Program-made: the position numbers and the translations under genes
In this document: piece by piece, positions 30,985 through 40,772 of the stretch
How positions within the stretch are numbered: position 1 is the first letter of the stretch
Layout of the letters: the number at the start of each line of letters is the position of its first letter
NCBI GenBank assembly: GCA_018402365.1
Contig: JAGYJD010000005.1
Span: 11,123 to 75,122, forward strand
Length of the DNA stretch: 64,000 nt
Source of the DNA: Candidatus Nanopelagicales bacterium
Lineage (GTDB): Bacteria; Actinomycetota; Actinomycetes; S36-B12; UBA5976
Direction: 5' to 3'
The notes under the pieces: model-generated
What the model was told of the DNA's origin: nothing
The model's database searches: none
What the model saw: the letters and a program-made list of their open reading frames with translations, nothing else

Positions 30985-31815
30985 TTAATTACATTCTAAA
31001 GTTGTGAAAGTAACGCTACAGCGCTTGACTTCACCACTACCGCCAATTTTTCCGAATACTTGGCCATTGAGGCTCACGTTCAAGGCCCCAGCGTTGCCAA
31101 CTAATAATCTAACTTCTTCTAAATTTGAAATGGTTTGAGATTCACCCTGCCGAATTGTGGCCTCAAAAATAGTTTCATCATCTAGATCACTCACTCGCAC
31201 CCAGCTGGCACCATCGGTTGCCTCTAGCACTAATAAAACCAAATCATCAGCCGTAGAAGCTGTTAAATTCTCTTCTGCTTCATTAGCCGGTCTAGCTGGT
31301 GTGGTGGCCGCCACGTTTTCTTCTTCTTCAAATACTTCTGAAACATCAGCAATTGGAGGTACTACTGCATCTTGATTCACTCTAGTAACAAAAGAATATA
31401 TTCCAACTACCAAAACCAAGGCTAGGGCTGTCACCATCAGGCTGGTCCAATTAAAACCAGAAGTAGTTTTAATCTCTCGGGAGTTTAAACTAACTTTTTC
31501 TAAATCAAATTCATTATCTAAGGCAACTTCGGGATTACTGCTAAGCGATTGATTTACTACTTTATCTAAAGGGGTATCACCTGTAGATACAAATCCTTTC
31601 AATAATTCAGTCGGATCAATGTCCATTAACTTTGCATACACAGCTATATGCCCGCGAGCATAAGTTGGTGCGCCTACTTTTTCAAATTCATCAGCTTCAA
31701 TATATTTAAGTAAGGTCACTCTGACTTTTGTTTTATCAGCAACATCTTCTAAAGAGAGGCCGCGCGCTATTCGAGCATCCCGCAACACTTGACCTATAGA
31801 CATATCAAATCCCAT
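30985..31815 (-). CDS. rodZ: RodZ-like HTH/TM/DUF4115 protein
   Basis: N-terminal HTH with YARGH, one TM segment, and SWVRV...GNAG. Lies between ftsK and rimO. Confidence 0.8.
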   Translation of the reverse strand: MGFDMSIGQVLRDARIARGLSLEDVADKTKVRVTLLKYIEADEFEKVGAPTYARGHIAVYAKLMDIDPTELLKGFVSTGDTPLDKVVNQSLSSNPEVALDNEFDLEKVSLNSREIKTTSGFNWTSLMVTALALVLVVGIYSFVTRVNQDAVVPPIADVSEVFEEEENVAATTPARPANEAEENLTASTADDLVLLVLEATDGASWVRVSDLDDETIFEATIRQGESQTISNLEEVRLLVGNAGALNVSLNGQVFGKIGGSGEVKRCSVTFTTLECN

Positions 31816-31960
31816 TAAGTATCCGAAATCTCAACTGATCTAAAATCTCGGTATCTTAAGAATGGCATATAGGCTAGCGCACAACAAGTCCGCTAAGTAA
31901 ACACTTGGTTAAATCTCCACAAAATGGGGACTTTGACCCCAGAAAATACTACGTACTCCC

Positions 31961-34513
31961 TTAATCCACTTCACCGCGTAGCGCACTGAGAGTGTCAACT
32001 AATTCTTCTGGTTTGGCTAAAACTTCTCTGGCTTTAGACCCTTCACTGGGCCCCACGATTCCGCGACTTTCCATCAAGTCCATTAGACGTCCTGCTTTAG
32101 CAAATCCCACTCTTAATTTTCTTTGCAGCATTGATGTTGAACCCAATTGCGTTGAAACAACTAGTTCAGTTGCTGCTAACAACATATCGATATCAGCGCC
32201 AATATCGTTTTCGATATTGCTGCGCACAGTTTGTGGTTGTAAAACATCTTCACGATATTCAGGCTCACCTTGTGCGGTCCACGAATTTACCACGGCGCGA
32301 ATTTCTTTTTCACTAACAAAAGCACCTTGAATGCGAATTGATTTTGACGCACCCATTGGCAAAAAGAGGCCATCGCCTTGGCCCACTAATTTTTCAGCAC
32401 CAGCTTGATCCAAAATAACTCTTGAATCAGCTAAAGAAGAAGTAGCAAAAGCTAAACGAGAAGGAATGTTTGCCTTAATTAATCCGGTTACCACATCAAC
32501 CGAAGGTCTTTGAGTAGCAATAACTAAGTGAATACCAGCTGCACGTGCCAACTGGGTAATTCTCACAATTGAATCTTCTACGTCTCTTGGGGCCACCATC
32601 ATTAAGTCAGCCAACTCATCAACAATTACCAAAAGATATGGATAAGTTTTTGGCTCTGGCATTTCTTCACTCTTGGCCAAAACTTTGCCTTGCTTTACTG
32701 CCTTGTTGTAATCATCTAGATGTCTAAAGCCATGTGCGTGCAATGCGTCATAACGCATATCCATTTCTTTTACAACCCATTGCAAAATGTCCGCGGCTTT
32801 TTTAGGGTGGGTAACAATTGGTGTAATTAAATGAGGCACACCAGCGTAATTACTTAACTCAACTCGTTTTGGATCAACCAAAACCAGTCTCACATCTTCT
32901 GGGGTTGCCCTCATCAAAATAGAAGTGATGAGTGAATTGATGCAACTTGATTTACCCGAACCAGTTGACCCAGCCACCAAAAGGTGTGGCATCTTTGCCA
33001 AGTTAGCAACGATGGTGTGACCTTCTACGTCTTTACCTAAACCGACTATTAAGGGGTGGGTATCATCTGTGGCAACTGCGCTTTTTAATAAGTCATGTAA
33101 CGCTACTAATTCACGATCTGAATTTGGTATCTCAACACCGATCGCGCTCTTGCCTGGGATCGGACTCAAAATTCTCACATCAGCCGAAGCCACCGCATAA
33201 GAAATATTTTTACTTAACGCCGTAACCCGCTCTACCTTTACGCCGGTTCCCAGCTCTACCTCATAGCGGGTAACGGTAGGTCCGCGAGAAAAACCTGTCA
33301 CCTGCGCATCAATATCAAATTGGGCAAATACTTGCGTTAATGCCTCAACCACTTGGTCGTTAACCTTGCTCTTAGCTTTGGGCGCTCCCCCTGGATTTAA
33401 GCAATCAGCAGAAGGCAATTTGTAGTTATAAGCCGAAGAAAGCGTTAATTGCCTTGCCTTAACTGGAGCTTTAGCTTTTGAAACTTTGATGGTCGGGATC
33501 GGCATGGTCTCATCATTTGCCTCAACCGTGATTGGAATTGGCATAGTTTGATCAATCTCTGCTTCAATTTGCTCTTCATCTACTAGTAATGGTGAGACAT
33601 CAAAAGGCTCATCTGCAAAGGCTGATTCGATAATTTCGACTTCATCGGTATCTTCAAATTTAGGAAACAACTTGCTAAAAAAACTCTTCTTTTTGGCAAC
33701 TGGCTCTTCTACTAATTCTTCGTCTTCATCATCTGCTTCAATTACCGCATCGTGCACCCCGGTAAACACCTCATCAACTGCCCGAACTAAATCAGCATCA
33801 GCCTTCTTAGGTGCCCGCTTCAAATTAACCTTGGGCATCGAACTCTTTATTTGCATAAAGAAAACACCCACTGGGGCCATTTTGCGTGGTATGGCTGTAA
33901 TTGGCGTTTTAGTCGTTACTAGTAGACCAAAAAACAGTAATAAAAACAGTAATAAAGAAGTGATCACACTATTACTTAGCGTCACTAGAGGCGCTGAAAC
34001 CAACCAACCCAGCCAGCCAGCCCCTGCCTGCATCGCCAAAACTCCATCAGCTGGGATTGGTAAGTCTTGCAAAATATGCCAAAGCCCCGCAACTGAAATC
34101 AAAATCGCGCTTAATCCAATAACTACTCTTGGTCCGTCACCTTTTTTGGTTGGATTTCTAAAACTGCTCCAAGCCCCCCAGATCATTACCACCGGAGCTA
34201 ACACTGAAAGTGAACCAACCGCCCCGCCAATAACCGTGCGTGAAAGATTTGTTAGTGGGCTCTCAACATAAAACCAAACATCTGCCGCGACAATAATTGT
34301 CATTGCTAAAAGTAATAAACCCAAGCCATCTCGTCGTTGCGCTTGGTCTATCTCTTTGGCTCCACGCAAAACCGTGCCTAAAGCACGAGCAACTGCGCTC
34401 CAACCCATACCTATTAATAGAGCAATTCGGCCTAAAACCAACACCACAGGATTGGGCCCCGCAGGTCTTTTTCTACCCCTACTTTGGGCGCGCGAAGGTG
34501 TTTTAGTTGCCAT
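31961..34513 (-). CDS. ftsK: DNA translocase FtsK
   Basis: N-terminal TMs, GSTGSGKS, VDELADLM, ATQRPS and gamma domain LQRKLRVGF. Confidence 0.96.
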   Translation of the reverse strand: MATKTPSRAQSRGRKRPAGPNPVVLVLGRIALLIGMGWSAVARALGTVLRGAKEIDQAQRRDGLGLLLLAMTIIVAADVWFYVESPLTNLSRTVIGGAVGSLSVLAPVVMIWGAWSSFRNPTKKGDGPRVVIGLSAILISVAGLWHILQDLPIPADGVLAMQAGAGWLGWLVSAPLVTLSNSVITSLLLFLLLFFGLLVTTKTPITAIPRKMAPVGVFFMQIKSSMPKVNLKRAPKKADADLVRAVDEVFTGVHDAVIEADDEDEELVEEPVAKKKSFFSKLFPKFEDTDEVEIIESAFADEPFDVSPLLVDEEQIEAEIDQTMPIPITVEANDETMPIPTIKVSKAKAPVKARQLTLSSAYNYKLPSADCLNPGGAPKAKSKVNDQVVEALTQVFAQFDIDAQVTGFSRGPTVTRYEVELGTGVKVERVTALSKNISYAVASADVRILSPIPGKSAIGVEIPNSDRELVALHDLLKSAVATDDTHPLIVGLGKDVEGHTIVANLAKMPHLLVAGSTGSGKSSCINSLITSILMRATPEDVRLVLVDPKRVELSNYAGVPHLITPIVTHPKKAADILQWVVKEMDMRYDALHAHGFRHLDDYNKAVKQGKVLAKSEEMPEPKTYPYLLVIVDELADLMMVAPRDVEDSIVRITQLARAAGIHLVIATQRPSVDVVTGLIKANIPSRLAFATSSLADSRVILDQAGAEKLVGQGDGLFLPMGASKSIRIQGAFVSEKEIRAVVNSWTAQGEPEYREDVLQPQTVRSNIENDIGADIDMLLAATELVVSTQLGSTSMLQRKLRVGFAKAGRLMDLMESRGIVGPSEGSKAREVLAKPEELVDTLSALRGEVD

Positions 34514-34588
34514 CACATCAGATTACTCCTAAAAAACACCTGCCCCAAAGGTCTCAAGGGCCTCGCGTGTCGCAAAAGTACCTTTGAG

Positions 34589-34789
34589 CTACCCCTCGAA
34601 GCCAGCTTCTCGATGACTGCCGTCGCAAAAGGGCATGGTCTTTGATTGACCGCAGCGGCAGAATGATCTTTTACCATCTATCACTTCTGTAACTTCTTCA
34701 CCAGCATCATTGGTGTAGGTAAGGGTGTATTTACCAGTTACCTTTAATGAACCTTTTTTATTTATTGATACTGAATTTTCTTCGCTCAT
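34589..34789 (-). CDS. CDGSH iron-sulfur domain protein
   Basis: CRCGQSKTMPFCDGSH motif. Confidence 0.9.
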   Translation of the reverse strand: MSEENSVSINKKGSLKVTGKYTLTYTNDAGEEVTEVIDGKRSFCRCGQSKTMPFCDGSHREAGFEG

Positions 34790-34798
34790 TTTCTCCCC

Positions 34799-36478
34799 TT
34801 AGGCCTCAACGACTACCGGAATAATCATAGGTTTTCTGCGGTGTTGCTCGGCGACCCACTTGCCTGTTACGCGGCGCACGATTTTTTGCAAGGTGTGCTG
34901 GTCAACAACGTCGGTTTTCAACGCATCTTCCAGTGCGTTTTTAATCAATGGAACTACTTTGTCAAAGACGGCTTCGTTTTCTGAGAACCCTCGCGCATGC
35001 ACTTCGGGGCCAGCTACAACTTTGCCTTCAACCGCATCAACTACCACTACCACTGAGATAAAACCTTCTTCACCCAAAATACGACGGTCTTTCAAAGATG
35101 TTTCAGCGACCGAGCCCACACTTGAGCCATCCACAAACACATAACCACACGGCACTGATCCAACTATTTTTGCTTCACCTTTATATAAATCTGTCACTAA
35201 GCCATCTTCAACCAAAACAACATTTTCGATCCCGGTTTGCTTACCTAGGCGGCTATTGGCAACCAAATGTCTTGGCTCACCATGCACTGGCATTAAGTTT
35301 TTAGGTTTAGTGATGTTATAAAAGTGCAGTAATTCACCCGCAGCAGCGTGACCTGAGACGTGCACTTTGGCATTACCTGAATGCACAACTCTTGCACCAA
35401 GACGAGTTAAGCCATTGATTACTCGGTTAACTGAATCTTCATTACCCGGAATCATTGACGAAGCCAATATCACTGTGTCGTTTTCAGTTAAACGAATTTT
35501 GTGATCCATCCCTGCCATTCGGCTTAACGCTGCCATTGGCTCACCTTGAGAACCGGTAGTAATTAAGACAACTTCATTGTCAGCAAAGGATTCGACTTTA
35601 TCTAAATTAATCATTACGCCAGGTGGAACATCAAGATAACCTAAATCTGAAGCAATCTTCATATTGCGAACCATCGAGCGCCCCACATAGGCAACTTTGC
35701 GACCGTGTATTGATGCAGCGTTGATAACTTGCTGGACGCGATGCACATGAGAGGCAAATGAGGCAACCACTACTCGCCCGCGAGAAGAGAGAATCACACC
35801 TTCTAAAACACCTTGAATATCTTTTTCCATTGCAACAAACCCAGGCACCTCTGCATTGGTTGAATCACAAAGCAAGAGATCAATACCTTCATCACCTAAA
35901 CGGGCAAAACCATTTAAATCAGTGACGCGACCATCAAGTGGTAGTTGATCCATCTTGAAGTCGCCAGTGTGCACAATTGTTTGATCAAAAGCTTTTATAG
36001 ATAGCGCTAAAGCATCTGGGATTGAGTGAGTTACTGAAAGAAAGCCGATCTCAAAGTCGCCTATAGATATAGTGTCGCCTTCTTTGACTCCCCGTAAGTC
36101 TGCATCAATTCGATGCTCTGAAAGCTTGGCTTCGACAAAAGCTAGACACAATTTTGAACCATAAATTGGCACTGCCGGGATTTCTCTCAATAGATACGGC
36201 ACCGCGCCTATGTGATCTTCGTGTCCGTGAGTTAAAACCACACCCGCTACTTTTTGCCACTTATCTCGCAAATAATCAAAATCGGGCAAAATTAAATCTA
36301 CCCCTGGCTGCACATCATCTGGAAACAAAACTCCAACATCAACAATCAAGATCGAGTCTTTAGTTTCGAACACGGTCATGTTGCGACCAATTTCACCGAT
36401 GCCACCCAGCGGAATAATCCGCACGGTTTCGTTATTTAATTGCGGCGGTAATGGAAACTCAAAATGTGGATGGGTCAA
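34799..36478 (-). CDS. rnj: ribonuclease J
   Basis: LGGIGEIGRN, THGHEDH, HTGDFK and HVSGH motifs. Confidence 0.96.
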   Translation of the reverse strand: MTHPHFEFPLPPQLNNETVRIIPLGGIGEIGRNMTVFETKDSILIVDVGVLFPDDVQPGVDLILPDFDYLRDKWQKVAGVVLTHGHEDHIGAVPYLLREIPAVPIYGSKLCLAFVEAKLSEHRIDADLRGVKEGDTISIGDFEIGFLSVTHSIPDALALSIKAFDQTIVHTGDFKMDQLPLDGRVTDLNGFARLGDEGIDLLLCDSTNAEVPGFVAMEKDIQGVLEGVILSSRGRVVVASFASHVHRVQQVINAASIHGRKVAYVGRSMVRNMKIASDLGYLDVPPGVMINLDKVESFADNEVVLITTGSQGEPMAALSRMAGMDHKIRLTENDTVILASSMIPGNEDSVNRVINGLTRLGARVVHSGNAKVHVSGHAAAGELLHFYNITKPKNLMPVHGEPRHLVANSRLGKQTGIENVVLVEDGLVTDLYKGEAKIVGSVPCGYVFVDGSSVGSVAETSLKDRRILGEEGFISVVVVVDAVEGKVVAGPEVHARGFSENEAVFDKVVPLIKNALEDALKTDVVDQHTLQKIVRRVTGKWVAEQHRRKPMIIPVVVEA

Positions 36479-37368
36479 ACTTCAACTCCCCCAGCGCGCA
36501 ATGATGCAACCAACTCAGCTACTTGAGCATCGTCAGCTGCTACCAACGGCAACCGCGGGGATCCTGCCGGTAATTTTTTCAAATTTAAATAAGCCTTAAC
36601 GCTCATCACACCTGGCATTCTGCCCATCACGCCGTAATAAACCGGAGTTAATTCTTTATGCATTTTAGTAGCAGCTGCTACCTCACCATCAAAATACAAA
36701 CCCATCATTTTGCCAATTCGATCGGCAACTACGTGCCCAACCACACTCACACAACCCACCGCACCAATAGTCAATAGTGGCAAATTCAAAATATCGTCAC
36801 CAGAAAACCATTGCAATTTAGAATTAGTGATTACTCTGGATGCTGCTTCAAAATTATTTTTAGCATCTTTATTTGCCATAATTCGCGGATGCTCAGCTAA
36901 CTTCAACATGGTGTCAACTTCAATCGGCACCCCGCTTCTACCCGGAATGTCATACATCATCAAAGGTAAGCCGCAACCGTCTGCCACCGTTGTAAAGTGA
37001 GCGATCAATCCAGCTTGCGTTGGTTTGTTGTAATAAGGCGTCACAACTAAAATTGCGTCCGCGCCAAGTCGCTCTGCATCTTGGGCCAACATCAAGGTGT
37101 GGGCAGTGTCGTTAGAGCCAACTCCGGCAATTACTTTTGCTCGAGATCCCACTGCCTCGATCACAGCTTTTAAAACTTCATTTTTTTCATCTTCAGTTGT
37201 GGTGGCAGATTCGCCGGTTGTGCCATTAACCACTAAACCATTGTTACCAAGGTCGACCAAATAAGAGGCAAGCTTCGCAGCCCCCTCAACATCCACCGAA
37301 CCATCAGCCTTGAACGGCGTGACCATGGCAGTAACCATGTTGCCAAACGGGGTGATCGGAAAACTCAT
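36475..37368 (-). CDS. dapA: 4-hydroxy-tetrahydrodipicolinate synthase
   Basis: GTTGES, PYYNKP and YDIPGR motifs. Start ATG 37368 with TAACCT 6 nt upstream. Confidence 0.95.
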   Translation of the reverse strand: MSFPITPFGNMVTAMVTPFKADGSVDVEGAAKLASYLVDLGNNGLVVNGTTGESATTTEDEKNEVLKAVIEAVGSRAKVIAGVGSNDTAHTLMLAQDAERLGADAILVVTPYYNKPTQAGLIAHFTTVADGCGLPLMMYDIPGRSGVPIEVDTMLKLAEHPRIMANKDAKNNFEAASRVITNSKLQWFSGDDILNLPLLTIGAVGCVSVVGHVVADRIGKMMGLYFDGEVAAATKMHKELTPVYYGVMGRMPGVMSVKAYLNLKKLPAGSPRLPLVAADDAQVAELVASLRAGGVEV

Positions 37369-37419
37369 AGTCAAAGGTTAGTGCAAACCCCCTCCAGGCG
37401 AGAAATTCAATATATGGCT

Positions 37420-37723
37420 TTTTGAGCAAAGTTGTTTTCTTGGTGAAATCTTGAATCTCCCTGCAAATGAGAGACTTTATTCTTGAGCGACCTTTTTCTC
37501 AAAACCAAACCCAGGGTCTATATAAGAGAAAAAGTCCTTTATTTTTGAGCCAATCGTTACCTGTCGTTACTTTTGAGAGAATACCAACTAAAAAGTCTTA
37601 AAATGAATAAAATGCGGAGATAAATTTTTTGAAAATAAATTTTCTCACTCAAAAGAATTTTGCCCCTAAGTGGATGTAGCCCATAAAGGTGTAGGTTTTC
37701 GAACTAATATTTTAGCTTTTGAG
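37420..37723. repeat. dispersed TTTTGAG/CTCAAAA motif array in an ORF-free intergenic region
   Basis: Exact copies at 37420, 37498 (reverse), 37543, 37571, 37648 (reverse) and 37717. Near copies at 37481 and 37627. Confidence 0.6.
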
Positions 37724-37764
37724 GTTCCGGGTTAGGTCTAGAGTTTAGGATTAAAATCAAGATT

Positions 37765-38505
37765 CTAAAGTTTAGAGAACTCTAGAGATTTGACTAAGTG
37801 CTCTATTCCGGCGGTGAGAGCCCTTTTTGAATAATCATCCTTAGCTCGCTCCCCACTAATTCCGATCGAAATGCTGTCATTGCTATCTGGCAAAAAGATG
37901 GCCTTGGCAAGGCATTGCACTCCCACTAAGTATTCGCCATCGTCCACCGCAAAATCACAACTTGCTTCAATACTTTTTTGTAATTGGTCTTTTTGAGTGA
38001 TAGTTTTTTCGGTCAAAGAATTGAGTTTGTGCCCAGCTAGATAATCCTGCAATTGTGCTTCTGGCAAAGAGGCCAAGGTTGCCTTACCCAACGCGGTGGC
38101 ATGCGCCGCTTCATCTAACTCAACCCACAATTCAATTTTTTTGGCCTCGGGATGTTCCACCATCTCTACCAAGCTCATTTTTCCTTCGTGATACAAAGAT
38201 AAAAATACGGAGCAATTCGTATACAGTGCCAAACTTTCTAAAATAGGACGGGCTTTCATCGCCAGATTATTTTGAAATTTGACACTAGTTACAGCATTTA
38301 ATCTAGGACCAAGTGAATACTCGCCGCTCTTATCTTTAATCAAGTATCCGTCGTGTACCAAAGTTCGTAGCAAATGATAAACAGTTGAAAGTTCTAAACG
38401 AGTTTGATGAGCAATTTTTTTGGCGCTGACCGGCAGGATTTCACCCGCGACACATTCGACTACTCGCATCGCGCGCTGGACAGACTGAATTAGGGTCTCT
38501 GCCAC
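37765..38505 (-). CDS. IclR-family transcriptional regulator
   Basis: IQSVQRA, STVYHLLRTL, HATALGK and D.GEY..GV.CLA motifs. Confidence 0.92.
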   Translation of the reverse strand: MAETLIQSVQRAMRVVECVAGEILPVSAKKIAHQTRLELSTVYHLLRTLVHDGYLIKDKSGEYSLGPRLNAVTSVKFQNNLAMKARPILESLALYTNCSVFLSLYHEGKMSLVEMVEHPEAKKIELWVELDEAAHATALGKATLASLPEAQLQDYLAGHKLNSLTEKTITQKDQLQKSIEASCDFAVDDGEYLVGVQCLAKAIFLPDSNDSISIGISGERAKDDYSKRALTAGIEHLVKSLEFSKL

Positions 38506-38577
38506 ATCACCCCCAACAGGTAACCTAAAAACTTAGCAAAACTTGTGCCCCCTGACTACCCCCCAAAAGTGAAGCAT

Positions 38578-38592
38578 TTTCACCATTTGAAA
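38578..38592. promoter_or_regulatory. candidate IclR operator
   Basis: TTTCA-CCATT-TGAAA palindrome in the divergent promoter region. Confidence 0.45.
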
Positions 38593-38647
38593 TCACAAAT
38601 CTCAAAAGCACTTAACAGGTGGGGCTTTTTGCTGGTTACATTTGTAG

Positions 38648-39286
38648 ATGATCACTGTAATTCCTGAGGCACTGTTAATCCCAGCGGGTAGCTACTTTAT
38701 TAGCGATTCGGACCAGAAACAGGAGGAGCCGACAGAATTTCGAATCAGTAAAAACTTAATTACCAACTCTGACTTTTATCAATACGTGGACGACACTTCT
38801 AGTCACAAAAAGTTCCCACTTCATGAACAAATTCGCGAAATTTCTCACTTCGATGATTTTCCGGTAGTGAATTTAGATTGGTATCAAGTACTCAACTACT
38901 GCAAGTGGCTTGGTGAAAAAACTTCTCTAAATATTGATTTACCTACCGAACGTCAATGGGAACGAGCTGCTCGAGGATTTGACGGTTCGCTCTATCCATG
39001 GGGTGATTTTTACGAACCAGAACGCTCCCCTTCTTTGGACGCTCAATCAATGTCAGCTGTACCAATAGGTAGTTATTTAACTGGCGCCTCACAATTCGGA
39101 GTTTTGGACCTAACCGGCAACGTCTGGCAATGGACCAAAGATAAAACCCAATCAGAAGAAATAGTTTTGAAAGGAGGCTGCTGGCTAGATGCGGCATGGG
39201 GTTTAAGAACTAATCGCTTTTTACTCGCTGATCCAAATCTGGCAACTAACACCACAGGATTTCGATTCGTAATCAACGAAAGGTGA
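38648..39286 (+). CDS. FGE-sulfatase (SUMF1/EgtB/PvdO) fold protein lacking the FGE Cys pair
   Basis: PVV, LPTERQWERAARG, YPWG, DLTGNVWQW, KGGCW and GFRF motifs. Confidence 0.85.
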   Translation: MITVIPEALLIPAGSYFISDSDQKQEEPTEFRISKNLITNSDFYQYVDDTSSHKKFPLHEQIREISHFDDFPVVNLDWYQVLNYCKWLGEKTSLNIDLPTERQWERAARGFDGSLYPWGDFYEPERSPSLDAQSMSAVPIGSYLTGASQFGVLDLTGNVWQWTKDKTQSEEIVLKGGCWLDAAWGLRTNRFLLADPNLATNTTGFRFVINER

Positions 39287-39289
39287 TAA

Positions 39290-39688
39290 ATGATCGAAGT
39301 AACAGTAGAAGATGTTTGGAAGTCATTAAAAACGGTTTACGATCCATGTTGCGCTGATCGCGGTATCAGCGTGGTTGACATGGGTGTAGCAGAAGACGTC
39401 ACAATCGATAATGACGGAACCATCCGAGTTAAGTTGGTACTTACAACCGGCTGGTGTCCGTTCGTCTCGAGTATGGAAGACGCTATTCCTGCAAAACTAA
39501 AAGAAGATTTTGGTGCAGAAAAAGTTATTGTGGAATCCGTTTGGGATCCCGTCTGGACTACAGATCGACTATCGGAATTCGCTAAAGAGAAGCTCTCTAT
39601 GCCCCTTGAGCAACTCTTGCCGCTGCGTGAAGCGCGAATCAAACAAGAGAAAGCGAATGCAAATAACGAAAGTGAGGTAGCAGTATGA
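39290..39688 (+). CDS. DUF59/SufT/PaaD-like metal-sulfur cluster assembly factor
   Basis: YDPCC...SVVDMG...LTTGWCP...VWDPVWT. RBS AAAGG. Confidence 0.85.
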   Translation: MIEVTVEDVWKSLKTVYDPCCADRGISVVDMGVAEDVTIDNDGTIRVKLVLTTGWCPFVSSMEDAIPAKLKEDFGAEKVIVESVWDPVWTTDRLSEFAKEKLSMPLEQLLPLREARIKQEKANANNESEVAV

Positions 39689-40722
39689 CCGCATTGTTCC
39701 CAGGAGCGAAAACTCGCGGCAAAGGTTCTGTGCCGGCGTTTGTCTTTGACGGAGTTTGTCACCTTTTTAACTTCGACAAAAAGAACGCACTCGGCGGACC
39801 AGGTGAAATGTTTGACGAGCACCTCTATGCCTTTCATATGTTTATGACACGTGAGGGTGAGCGAATTCTCTCGCGCGAAGAATTCTTCAAAGAGTGGAGC
39901 GTTGACGAAATCGCTGAGATGGTGTTTGAGCAATCAGATACCGACATGATTGTGGCGCAACCTTTACCACTAACCGACCTGTTTCATGACGGGCTTTCCC
40001 CTTGGGAGAAGTGTGCCCAGATGGCAGCAAAGCACCCAGACAAAGCAGTTTGGTGGGGTTCGGTAAATCCGCTGGAAGGTAAAAAAGCAATCGACTTAAT
40101 GACCAAACAAGTCGAAGAGTATGGAGCGAAAGGATTTAAGTTCTATAACGTTCGCTACGACTACGGTCAACCCTTCCCTTGGAGAATGGATGATCCAAGA
40201 GTTGCCTTTCCAATTTTTGAGCACGCACAAAAATTGGGAATCAACTTGATCGGTGTTCACAAAGGTGTGCCACTTGGCCCACAACCAATCGAACACACCA
40301 GAACATTCGACATGGACGGAGCCGCAGCAAACTTTCCGGACATCAACTTTGTGATCTTCCACGTTGGTCTGCCATGGCTAGATGAAACGCTTTGGCAAAT
40401 CATCAGGTTCCCTAACCTCTACGCTTCAATTGCCGCAACGGTGAACTTTATCTCGCGTCAACCGCGAGTGTTTGCCGAAATCATGGGCAAGTTGATGTGG
40501 TGGGCCGGTGAAGACAAGATCCTCTTTGGTGGTGAATCACCAATTTGGCATCCGCAGTGGGCGTTAGAAGAATTCTGGAACTTCCAGCTACCAGAAGATA
40601 TCGTCGCCGAACGCGGATACCCACAACTAACCGAACAAGCAAAGCGCAAGATCTTGGGTGAAAACCTACTTCGCTTGCACGGTATGGATGTAGAAAAAAC
40701 TAAGAAGAAATTCGGGTACTAA
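39685..40722 (+). CDS. amidohydrolase_2 family metalloprotein
   Basis: DGVCH, KGFKFY, VHKG, FHVG, LFGGE and KRKILGEN motifs. ATGA overlap with the DUF59 gene. Confidence 0.88.
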   Translation: MTALFPGAKTRGKGSVPAFVFDGVCHLFNFDKKNALGGPGEMFDEHLYAFHMFMTREGERILSREEFFKEWSVDEIAEMVFEQSDTDMIVAQPLPLTDLFHDGLSPWEKCAQMAAKHPDKAVWWGSVNPLEGKKAIDLMTKQVEEYGAKGFKFYNVRYDYGQPFPWRMDDPRVAFPIFEHAQKLGINLIGVHKGVPLGPQPIEHTRTFDMDGAAANFPDINFVIFHVGLPWLDETLWQIIRFPNLYASIAATVNFISRQPRVFAEIMGKLMWWAGEDKILFGGESPIWHPQWALEEFWNFQLPEDIVAERGYPQLTEQAKRKILGENLLRLHGMDVEKTKKKFGY

Positions 40723-40736
40723 ACCCGAAACCAATA

Positions 40737-40768
40737 AAAGAACCCTCACAGCTACGTGAGGGTTCTTT
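40737..40768. terminator. bidirectional intrinsic terminator
   Basis: AAAGAACCCTCAC-agctac-GTGAGGGTTCTTT between convergent genes. Confidence 0.88.
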
Positions 40769-40772
40769 CTAA

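Noticed and set aside
31815..31860. Imperfect inverted repeat in the rodZ leader
   Set aside because: Only about 9 of 12 positions pair in AT-rich DNA, which is not distinguishable from chance.
34567..34571. GACAC (WhiA-type) pentamers before ftsK, and at 8489 and 25893
   Set aside because: Plausible for ftsK, but a 5-mer cannot be supported without conservation data.
37375..37764. Lysine riboswitch, CRISPR array or dif site upstream of dapA
   Set aside because: No L-box core, no regular repeat-spacer period and no Xer arm pattern. dapA appears leaderless.
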